A stretch of DNA of 64,000 nucleotides from Octopus sinensis (Eukaryota): contig NC_042997.1 of NCBI RefSeq assembly GCF_006345805.1, positions 111,166,001 to 111,230,000 on the forward strand, in the 5' to 3' direction. Shown piece by piece: positions 1 to 10,920 of this stretch. Under the pieces are notes generated by a model. The model had not been told where the DNA came from and made no database searches. It saw nothing but the letters and a program-made list of their open reading frames with translations. Made by a program: the position numbers and the translations under genes. Numbering within the stretch: position 1 is the stretch's first letter; each line of letters starts with the position of its first letter.

Positions 1-497
1 GGCTGTTAAACCATAACGAGGTGAAGTGGTGAACGCTGGAGAAAGGATTTATGACAAGAGACAGGCTATAGTAGGTCTTATCTCTTGTAAAGCAGGAGAA
101 AAAAGAACAATAGCCGCTGGTCACGTGTGAGCAACGAGAGAGTCAAGGAGGGAGAGAGAGGGAGAGAAAGAGAATGGTGAAGGGGGAAGAGAAGAAAAAC
201 AGAAAGAAAGAAGAATAGGCGAAGGGAGAATAGAGAGTGTAGAGTGCGCATCTGAATTATTAAGACAAAACTTACTTGGAAATGGATGCGCAGTGTTCAA
301 TCATATAATAATATAAATAATATAAATTATATATATATATATGCCAGTAGATTAAAAGGCACCTTACTATTTGGTCCACAACAGTTCGTTTCAATATATT
401 AATTATTCTTTATGAAAAAATTTTATTGTTTTTGTTCACTTAATTTAGAATTATTTCTAATCTGCAAGGACATTTTCTTCAGTTTTTCCCCTTGCAG

Positions 498-688
498 GTC
501 ATGCTGTAGCTGCCGATCAGAGGCTAGGACTTCCTTCAAAGGTTTCAGATGACCTTTCCAATTCCCATGTTTTGCTTTGTCTTTATTTCGTCATTCTGTT
601 GAATGGGGTCATGCTGTTTTTATCACCTTCAGTAATTATTTTTAATTACTTCAACAGATTTGTCGTAGATAGCGTTCATCGAATTTGA
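498..688 (+). CDS. Candidate terminal coding exon of an unknown host gene (hydrophobic C-terminus)
   Basis: Strong acceptor ttttcttcagtttttccccttgcAG at 497. The phase-1 frame is open to TGA 686-688 and reads HAVAADQRLGLPSKVSDDLSNSHVLLCLYFVILLNGVMLFLSPSVIIFNYFNRFVVDSVHRI*. No homology recognised. Confidence 0.3.
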
Positions 689-904
689 ACTTTGAACGTT
701 TAAGTTTAAAAGTCAAAACTACTGGCAAAAAAACAATGCGATAGTCGTGAGAGTGTTTGCTGGTTTGAGATGATGACTAGTTGAGCTGACGAACGAAAAT
801 GTGTTTGTTGGGCTACATATAGAAGTAACTGGACAAAAATCCATGAACAGAGGATTTTATTACTGCACAAAAAGATAAACTGCATTGGCCTTTTACAGAT
901 AACA

Positions 905-1205
905 ACAACAATTTCGTTTTTCAATTTGGTTTGTAAGATTCTTTATGTAAGTTTGTGTGTTGAAGCATATTCTGTTGTGTCTGGGGAGAGTCATTCTCTT
1001 TTGGTGCCTTATAATTTAACACACTCACCAGTAAAATTTCTACTTATTTCTTTTTTATTTTCCTAAAATTTTCGTTGCGTCTTGCAACCTTTTCAATAGT
1101 TTTGAAGAATAAAAAAACAAATAAGTGGAAATTTTACTGGTGGGTGTGTTAAATTATAAGGCACCAAAAGAGAATGTCTCTCCCCAGACACAACAGAACA
1201 ATAAT
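905..1205. mobile_element. Short foldback repeat (probably PLE pLTR-derived) with a hammerhead-like motif in the loop
   Basis: Arm ~967-1049 is the reverse complement of ~1119-1200. The same family recurs at ~5040-5180. Confidence 0.65.
1063..1099 (-). ncRNA. Minimal type I hammerhead-like motif, U3-A8 variant
   Basis: Minus strand reads CTA-TTGAAAA-G-GTTGC-aagac-GCAAC-GAAA-AT-TT-TAG. Confidence 0.55.
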
Positions 1206-2186
1206 AATCATATACTGGGAAAGATATACTGCTTGAGGTTTACACCAAGCAACACCCAGCTTATTCAACATAGCTGGAAACAACTGTGCTATATTCGTGG
1301 CAATGGAGATTCCTGTCATCGATCTGCCATGTGTCTTAACCAACTTCCTGAGTCATCTGGCTGTGGTAAGAATGGAGACACATTTCACACAGCTGCCTCA
1401 ACATTCTGTCTGGCAAGAGATGAGACATGTGAATGAGTCGGCCACTCCCAACACTCTGCAAAGAGTTTAGGCACCAAAAGCAGCTCTAGTATAAGTAGAA
1501 GTTTCTAGAAGATTGGATCACGAGATGGATTGATGTTGATTGGTAGCTTAAGAGACCAATCACTTGAAAATACTGTGGTTCAGTTGTGATCCATGACCGA
1601 TTACCTAACAGTTTGGTTTTGAGTCATCGCAAGACTATATCTGATAATGTCGCCAAGAGATATTGCCACAAAGGATAAATAATACTACACTTTTATACTT
1701 CATTTGGCAAAACCTGATTCAAATGTTGGCACATGGGGAGCAAGTACAAGGAAGGGGTGAGGCAATCACATCAATCCTGGTGCTTAAATGGTACTTATTT
1801 TTATTGATCCCCAGTACAATGAAAAGCAAAACTGACCTCAGCGGAATTTGAACTCAGAACATAAGGAAGGATGAAATTGTATTATATATAAGTAGATAGT
1901 ATCTTTTAGTAGGTCAGTTTCTTTACTTGTTGTTATTTAGGGTAATTCTTGTTTTTATGTGGCTGATTTTCTGTTTCAGTTCTTTCTGCAATTCGTTGGT
2001 TCGTTTGTTGAATGTTATTTACTTGATCCTTGATAAGAGATCATTTTCGGAACATTGTAGCAAAGGGTTGACAGGTGAAGATTTGACCATCTTCAATCCA
2101 TAATTGCTGGTTGGCTGTTTTACCTTTTCGTCTTTTCACGATTATATGTTTTTCATCTGTGTCTTTTGATAAAGCTTTCTCTTTAA

Positions 2187-2405
2187 CCCTTTAGTGTTCA
2201 GATTATTCAATCAAACATAATGCCTATTGATTCCCATTGATTTGAATTAATCATGCATTATCTCATATCTTCAAGATCTTGATGGTGTAATTACTTAATG
2301 TAGAATAACATTGTAGGGTAGGTGTGAGAGCCTGGATTTGGTCAGTTTGAACATAAAACAGATTAACTATTTTGGCCGGATATGGCCGGTTTAAATACTA
2401 AAGGG
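2187..2405. mobile_element. piggyBac-like MITE
   Basis: TTAA|CCCTTTAGTGTT ... AATACTAAAGGG|TTAA; 219 bp. Confidence 0.8.
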
Positions 2406-2417
2406 TTAATAGTGCTT

Positions 2418-4980
2418 TTAGGTAAAGTTATTTTTTGGTAGGTATTGGTACCTTTTTTCATAAGGATGTGTATTGGGTGTGGTAGATATAGTACTAGCTG
2501 CCAAAAAGTCTATTATAGAATTCAAATCAAAATACTGGGTGCAAAAAATCAAGGCCGGATATGTTTGATATAACCATGGGGTCAAGCGACTCCACTCTGG
2601 TAACCGATCTAGTAGGGATTTATATTTCATTCTGATTAATAAAGAATTTCCAAAGATAGGGGGAGATCTATACAGGCATGACACTCTATTCACCTTGCAT
2701 AACTTTCCAGCATGGAAAGACAGCAGAAAAAAACTATTCAAGTTCTTCAAAGACATAGGGCTTTCCATTTCAATAGAGGATAAACACACCGTAGTCAACT
2801 TCTTAGATGTTACACTAGATCTAAATACTAGCTTATTCAAACCATACCAAAAACTGAACGGCAACTTAAAATACATAAACTTCAATAGTAATCACCCCAA
2901 GTGCATATCTCAATCCATAATTAGAAACATTTCTAGCTGCATATCTAAAATGTCGGCTGACAAAGAAATATTTTATACTAAACAAGAAATATTATAACAA
3001 AGCATTAGAGGAAACAGGATACAAAGATAAATTAGTGTATTGCCCAGTGAACTAAATTAGAATAGATAAAGATAATGAGGTAACCCGTAGGATAGTAAAT
3101 TACATCCAAAAAAATAACCATGACAACCAAATGCACCCCCCACCAAATAAGAGGATAGAGAAATGAATAAAAATAGAGAGGGACAAATACATAGGATATA
3201 ACCAAAAAAATATGCAGTTCAGGCGGTAATAAAAAAGTAAGAAACACGGGAGTATCTTGGGTGCAACTACCTAGTGGTAATAACAGCAGAAAGTGAACAT
3301 TAGAAGTGAAGTAAACAACTTCAGGAATGCATATACATAAAACACAATAAAGTCTTTCAATAGCAAGAGCCCCACACAACCGGACAACCACTACAGAAAA
3401 AGGAAAGGCCCCAACAATAACAACTGCACAGTACATAATAATGCCCAAGGTAATAAGAATTCCAGGATTTCTCTATAGTGCAATGCTGGGTTTGGGAAAC
3501 AAATAATGTCTAAAGTTCTGAAGCAGCTTTACACCATGATATAGAAACACTTTCCAAAGTCTAGCAAATACCACAGAAGATTCAATATGCACAATGTCCA
3601 GCTTGCTTTTCCCACTAACCATAACCTTGCATAAATAATAGCAGCACACAACACGAGAAAACTATCTCACTTCCAAAGGACCGGTGAAAATAGTAGACAA
3701 GAAAAATGAACCTACCAATGGAAATATTGATAATATTAAACCAGATAACAGGGCAGGAATAGTTAATAATAGAAGAGACTTGAACTCTAACACAAACATA
3801 ATTAATACACACAATAGTGGGGTTAAATAAACTAAAAACCAGCAGTCCAGGGAAGACAACTTCAGTGCAAGTCGATACCTTCACAAAACAGGGAGCAAGA
3901 ATTGCTAGAAATAGCAGCCCACAAACACCTATGGATAGAAAGCTTAGAAAAAATAGTAGATCAATAGAAATAAAGGCAGCAGAAATATGTAGCAGGAGCT
4001 ATAACACAATGAATAATAGGAACAGAGAATTAGGGCTCTGTAACTGTGCCAAGAATAAAGTATGCCCCATGAACTCTGGATATTGGATGAAGAACCTAGT
4101 GTATAGATGCAAAATCACTTCTGAGGGAAGGACGTACTCCAACATAGGGGCCAGCTCGCTAAATTTTAAAAAAAGAGTGGCTAGCCATTTAAATTTATTT
4201 AGAGACAGAGCTAAGATGAATAGCATGAGCCGATGCAGACTAAGCTGGACCATTAAATTTAGGAATACCATCGAGTGGGAAAGAATCAGTACAGCTCAAC
4301 TATAACGTGCAGGAGGAAATAGATGTGAGCTATGCAAATCATTACATCGAGACACAAATTACTCAATAACAGGCTTGAACAGGCCTTAATATGCTTGCAT
4401 AAACAAACCAAAACATTTAAGAAATTTAAAGAAAATTCTAGATAACTCAACATCACAAGGAGGGAAAGATACACATATTCTAAACTCAAAAAATACACAG
4501 CCTTTTATAACCAAGCTAGTATATTTTCTATTCACCTTCAAGTACCCAGCATAAACAACATAGGCAAGAAAATAAATATATGAATAACCAAAAACATTAC
4601 AAGGACCGCACTTGAAAATAAGGACATTAAGTACAAGATAGAAAGAGGCCTGCCAAAATAGTAACATCAACTCGACCTAATTAGACAGAATCATGACTTT
4701 GGCCAGCAAATGGTGTGAAACCAAGGTCAACCACACAAGCTTACAAACAGATCAGATCTAAGATTGAAAACAATCTCCCCTCACCTCTCCATGAACCCTG
4801 ACCAAAAAACCAGTAAAGGTATTCAGCTTGCTTCTAAACTAAATAATGGATAGACCCTGAATGAAGCTGCACAGAAAATTATACCCGGTTGCATGTGCAA
4901 CTGCTCATAATCTGTGCAGTGGACATACGTGCAGGTCGTCGTAACCATATAAATAAGCTGTATGAAATTGCAAAATAAAA
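2418..4980 (+). mobile_element. Degenerate Penelope-like element (RT C-terminal part plus GIY-YIG endonuclease)
   Basis: ORF 2695-2997 has VVNFLDVTLDL..PY....YINFNSNHP, a PLE RT signature. ORF 3817-4305 has CNC..CP...NLVY...NIG...FKKR..H, a PLE GIY-YIG signature. Many stops. Confidence 0.85.
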
Positions 4981-5353
4981 CGAAATAAATTTTTAGGATG
5001 AACAAACCTCCATATTCTCTATTGCTATAATTATTGCTAATATTTCGTTTTTGGATTTGGTTTGCAAGATTCTTTATATGAGTTCGTGTGTTGAAGCATA
5101 TTCTGTTGTGTCTGTCCGGTGAGTGTATTAGATTATAAGGCACAAAAAGAAAAGGACTCTCCCCAGACACAACAGAATATTGCTTATATACACTCCAGAT
5201 GATATTGCTTTCCAGAAAAGTGAACACGGATTTATCCCTTACAGCGTGAGTGACAACTCATAGTAATCATAGACATTAAATACTAAACGATGCGATTAGC
5301 CATAACCTGGAACACAACTGAGACCTTCCACGTTATTTGCCCAGCTAATATTG

Positions 5354-6166
5354 GGATCTTTTCCTTTTGAACGGCACATGTCAACACAATTTCTAGTTAA
5401 CTAATCACATTTAAACTTCGTATACTGGTAGAATGTGTTTATAAAACATCATTTTTTCTTGGCTTTATTGAGAAAATTCTATATGTTGTAACATATTTCC
5501 ACTTTAATTTCAAGCATTTCAGCAATTTTAACCAATCGCTGGAGTCCATTTAGGTAAACAACCTTCCGTGCTGTATGAATATGTCCCTCGTTTAAGAAAC
5601 AGATTGGGTTTATTTACATTTGCAAAGAAAAAAAGATATCCTTCCCCCACCCCTAACCCTAACCCTAACTCTAACCCTAAATCTAAAATAGATTGAAATG
5701 CAATAGATCGATACTAGGGTTATAATTATGGGTGACAATTTCATACGACACCGCTACGGAAAGTGGGATTTTTTCTAGCGGTGTCAAATGAAAATGTCAC
5801 CCATAATTATAACCCTAATATCGATCTATTGCATTTCAATCTATTTTAGATTTAGGGTTAGGGTTAGGGGGTGGAGGAAGGGTAACTTTTTTCTTCGCAA
5901 ATGTAAATAAACCCAATCTGTTTCTTAAACGAGGGACATATTCATACAGCACGGAATGTTTTCACCCCAAATGGAGGTCAGCGATTGGTTAAAATTGCCG
6001 AAATGCTCGAAATTTCAGATGAAATATCTTACAAACTATAGAATTTTCTCAATAAAGCCAAGAAAAAATGATGTTTTATAAACACATTCTACCAGTATAC
6101 AAAGTTTAAAAGTGTTTAGTTAACTAGAAATTGTGTTGACATGTGCCGTTCAAAAGGAAAAGATCC
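5354..6166. mobile_element. Foldback MITE with ~400-bp TIRs, internal (CCCTAA)n/(TTAGGG)n and a 7-bp TSD
   Basis: GGATCTTTTCCTTTTGAACGGCAC ... GTGCCGTTCAAAAGGAAAAGATCC, flanked by AATATTG at 5347-5353 and 6167-6173. Confidence 0.9.
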
Positions 6167-7304
6167 AATATTGCCCTCTAAACTTATATATAGATATGTA
6201 TGTATGTATATATGTGTGTATGTGCGCATGTGTGTGATTAGCATTATTAATATAAACATTATTGAGGATAATTCTATCCTCTCAACCCATCGTTACAATT
6301 GGTAGACGTATCTGTCGTTCTGGTGAGTTACTTCTGCGATGATATTCACCTCGCTCCGATACACGCGTTTTCAACACACCAGGTCAAGGAAGAGATTTTC
6401 CCTGAGACACAAGCCACAGCATCATGCCTTTCAATGCTGTATGTACAGTAAGTACGATGCACAAATAACGATTGAAATCTATTGTATTTTTAAACACTCT
6501 GTCATTTTATACATCTTTTGTTTATTTACCCGTAATTATTATTCTTCAATAAGAGACTGTCTTGAGACCAAAGCATTTAGTGTGAAAGGGCAGAAACTCC
6601 ACCAACAAACTATTACAATTAATTCCTATTATTAACACAAATAAAGGCGGACAAAAAGATAAGCGGCAGTTTTTTCTCTTTGCGTTCTTGTGTTCAAATG
6701 TTGCAGAGGTCGACTGCACCTTTCGTAATCGATAAAATAAATACTAATTGAGCAGGCTGTGTACCTATAGTAGAAAGAATAAGGAGAGGTTTATGATGAA
6801 GAATTCGAAGGAGAGGTTTATGACAACCTGTTGTATCGTATGTCATAACGAAAATGTTTCATCTGGAGACAAAAAAAAATACTTTCACTGTATAACGACA
6901 AAATCTTTTTAATCTCTCTCTAGCCCAACCATTAAATTATTTATTAAATTGTAATATTTAATGAAAGAAGAAAATAAAAACGGACTCTAGTTTACAATTG
7001 AAGACGCGTCTTAAAATAGAGGGAAAACATCTGAAAATGAATGGATGCATCTTTGAAAGCGAAAAGTTGGATGAAGTTTTCATCCCGAAGTTATTTTATC
7101 GAAGTTCAAACTGTTGAGAATAGTCGTACCCCCAACGATTAGGATAAGAGGAATAGTGTGAATATGATAATCTAGGATCATCTATTTGTTGTTTAAACTG
7201 AGATTATTAAAGCATTGAGCTCACCATATGCACAACTGGCTGTCAATAATATGCACATTGGGGCGTGTCTGCAGTCGAACGTTCATTCCCCCACCCCTTA
7301 AAGA

Positions 7305-7745
7305 AGGGAAGAGAGAGAGAGAGAGAAGATGAGGGCGAAGAGGAATAAATAAAACCCAGAGAAATTAAATAATTGCACATTTGAAAAATACTGGAAAAGA
7401 AAAAGGAGAGAGAGAGAGAGATTAGGATGGAGAAGAGAAGAGAGAGAGAAAGAATAGGAGGGAGAAGAGAAAGAGACAGAGAAAAGGAGGGAGGAGAAGA
7501 GAAGAGAGAGGGAGAAGAGAAAAGAGACAGAATAGGAGGGAGAAGAGAAAAGAGACAGAATAGGAGGGAGAAGAAAAGAGAGGAGAGAGAGTGGTAGCGG
7601 GGCTGGTGAGGTGAGAGGTGTTAGGGGAACGCTTTAAAATAGGGACGATAAAGGAAAAAAACAGAGTGACAGAATGAGGGCGAGAGAGAGAGAGAGAGTT
7701 GAGGACGAACAGAGAGGAGGAGACAGAGTAGGAGGAAGGGAGCTG
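7305..7745 (+). repeat. GA-rich low-complexity purine tract
   Basis: (GA)n and GGAGGGAGAAGAGAAAAGAGACAGAATA units. Confidence 0.9.
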
Positions 7746-8489
7746 AAAGGAGCTGCGAGTTGAAACAGTTTATTGATTGGTCGGTGTAATGCACATTCAT
7801 GCACAGATACGTGCACGTGCTGTTTGTTTGTGCACACACAGAATGCTTTGCAGTGTAAACAAGAAGGTATTCGTGGCGTAGCCTGGTGTTATTTCTTTAT
7901 TGTGGCGTAGCCTGGTGTGACGACGGTATAAGTGAAGGACATATCTCTCTACGGCCTGGAGAGAGATAGAGAGAGGTCACGGTGTATAAATTGAAGGAAC
8001 ACTTACAGTTAAATGCTATCACCAACATCCTCAGAAGCCTTTCTTTTTCTCTTTCTCTTTCTCAAATACAATATATAACTCATAAAAGGCCTCCATTAAA
8101 CACGTATACTCGATGATACATGCACATACACGCACACGTAGTGTTTACTGGCGTAAACAACAAAGTTTTCAAAACATGTGGTAACAGAGTTTGTTGTCTA
8201 ACATGTGGATATCTACATGTTTAGGTATAGTAAGATAACTGTGTAACGCCGATACTTGGAGGGGTTTGGAAGGTAAGAGAGGAGGGTAGAATAAAATGAA
8301 TGAATATAAAATGATAAAATGCAATAAAAACTAATTGAGTTGAAGGAGTATGAAGAGGTTTAGTTTTTCGTAATAGATTTATGGATATCAAGGTTTTATA
8401 GGTCCATGGATGTGAGAGATTAAGGATCTATGAGAGGTTTACGGATACAGAAGTAGATAAATAAGTTAACAGACAGATGACCGATCAAT

Positions 8490-8636
8490 CGATCAATAGA
8501 TAGATAGATAGAGAAAGAGAGATAGGTAGATAGATAGATAGAGAAACAGAGAGATAGGTAGATAGATAGAGAAAGTGAGAGATAGATATATAGATAGATA
8601 GAGAGAGAGAGAGTGATAGATAGATAGATAGATAGA
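8490..8636 (+). repeat. (GATA)n/(GA)n microsatellite
   Basis: Direct reading. Confidence 0.9.
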
Positions 8637-9236
8637 GTTTACCCTACATGTAACCTGTGCAGAACCTTGTCGCTAGGTCTTATAACTTATCTCATTAGCG
8701 CTTTCGAATCAACGTCATATATTTTACTCTAGCCATGTTGCCTGAGATTCACCAACACCATGTACATGTTTAAATCCATTCCATGGTTTCAGACTCAGAA
8801 ACACACGACATGGAAGAATCATGAGAACGTCAGATCTGATCGAGGACACCTTTGTCTTTTGTTCTTCCGGGGTTGACAAAATAACGCTACAAGTCCAGGT
8901 ACATGGAGGCAATTTCAATAATATGTCCCAGATGTGAAGAAGGTAATTATAATAGAGGACATTTTATATACAGGCGTCCACTCATGTCTTACATGATTAA
9001 ATATAATTTAACAATTAGCCATGTTAGTTCTTTTGAGTTATTTTATCAGAGTCTGAATATTTACTATACCTTTTCTTAAATTCTTAATTTATATGTCGCA
9101 TGAGACTATGTTATTTTGTCTAAAGCAGTTTCAAACTACAGCACTTGACAGCTTCTAGCTTCACACATCCACGCACTTACATGATTGTGTAACTCCTGTT
9201 CTTTGTCATGAATTAACTGATATATATATATATATA

Positions 9237-10146
9237 CTAGCAGTATCGCCCGGCGTTGCTCGGGTTTGTAAGGGAAATAACTATGAAGCATTTTTAGAGA
9301 GTTATAGCCAAAAAATAGCAAAAAAATGCATTAAAAATGGAAAAAAATTATAGTAAATTTTTTTTAAATCGTTGACTCATCGTAGACATTTTTAGAGAGT
9401 TACTTCCCTTATATAATAGCAAAAAAATGCATTAAAATGGAAAAAAATGATGGTAAATTATTTTTAAAATCGTAGACTCATCGTAGACGCGCGCTAATAC
9501 CCAGAAGGGCTAGATATGAATCACGACTATAAGATACCCGGTTTTGGTTAAACTGCACCGCAAAATGTGGGAGTAGTTAGGAATCTAAATCGTAGGAGAC
9601 AGACACACAACTTCACTTTTATATATAAAGATTTGTGCAACAACTAAAACATTCGGTTGTGCAAATTGTTTGCACAGGAAACCTGCCCTGTGTGGCGGTT
9701 TTTGCCGTTTTTGTGGATCTGTTTCAGCTTTTTTACCGATTTCTGTTTTGGCGACTTCAAGCCATGAAGTCGTTGTTCTAAAAGAACGCTGGTCTCCTTG
9801 ACAACGCTTTACGACGTTGATTTCCTTACACTCCCTTCCCCACAGCTTCACGAGGGAGGGAAGAAGGGGGAGAAGCAACACAGATGCAGGTGTGAGCATG
9901 GACGCCGACTCCGCCGCCATCGACACACGAAAAAAATATGCGTTAAAATGGAAAAAAATTATGGTAAATTATTTTTAAAATCGTAGACTCATCGTTGACG
10001 CGCGCTAATACCCAGACGGGCTCGATATGAATCACGACTATAAGATACCCAAAATTGGTTAAACTGCATCGCAAAACGTGGGAGTAGTTAGGAATCTAAA
10101 TCGTAGGAGACAGACACTCACACAACTTCACTTTTATACATATAGA
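9237..10146 (-). mobile_element. Non-autonomous Helitron, composite with two 5' termini (9631 and 10146)
   Basis: The minus-strand 3' end has the hairpin CCCGAGC-AAC-GCCGGG, a short spacer, then CTAG|T. The 5' ends read A|TC(T)TATAT..AAAAGTG. Inserted in (TA)n. Confidence 0.8.
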
Positions 10147-10689
10147 TATATATAGATACTAGCAGTATCGCCCGGCGTTGCATGGGTTTGTAAGGGAAAT
10201 AACTATATAAGCATTTTTAGAGAGTTACTTCCCTTATAAATTCGGGCTTTCTTAGCCATTTTTGTTTTGGTGTCTTCAAGCCATGAAGTCGTTGTTCTAA
10301 AAGAACGCTGGTTTCCTTCACAACGCATTACGACGTTGATTTCTTTACACTCCCTTCCCCACAGCTTCACGAGGGAGGGAAGGGGGAGAAGCAAACAGGT
10401 GCAGCTGTGAGCGTGGACGCCAACTCCGCCGCCATCGACACACGATGCATTTTATGCATTAAAATGGAATAAAAAATGATGTTAAATTATTTTTAAAATC
10501 GTAGACTCATCGTTGACGCGCGCTAATAGTCAGACGGGCTCGATATGAATCACGACTATAAGATACCCGAATTTGGTTAAACTGCACCGCAAAATGTGGG
10601 AGGAGTTAGGAATCTAAATCGAAGGGGACAGACACACAACTAGAGTTTTATATATATAGATATATAGGTCTTATGCTATATGCGCACAT

Positions 10690-10920
10690 ATATGTGCGTG
10701 CGCGAACGTGAGCGTGCGCCTGCGCAAAAGTGTGACTGCGCATGCGCGAACGTCTGACTGCGCATGCGCGAAAGTGTGACTGCGCATCGCGAAAGTGTGA
10801 CTGCGCATGCGCGAAAGTGACTGCGCATGCGTGAACATGCGCATGCGCGAAAGTGTGACTGCGCATGCGCGAACGTGCGCGAACGCGTGACTGCGCATGC
10901 ACGAAAGTTTGAATGCGCAT
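10690..10920 (+). repeat. 22-bp CpG-rich minisatellite (GTGTGACTGCGCATGCGCGAAA)
   Basis: Direct reading. Confidence 0.9.

Noticed and set aside
786-800. CTGACGA-AC-GAAA
   Set aside because: No room for stem II and no closing stems.
1220-1700. Complex sequence with a 103-aa ORF
   Set aside because: The ORF starts in a foldback repeat and I recognise no domain; left unannotated.
5650-5870. Head-to-head telomeric repeats as a chromosome fusion scar
   Set aside because: They are short tracts inside the TIRs of a TSD-flanked MITE.
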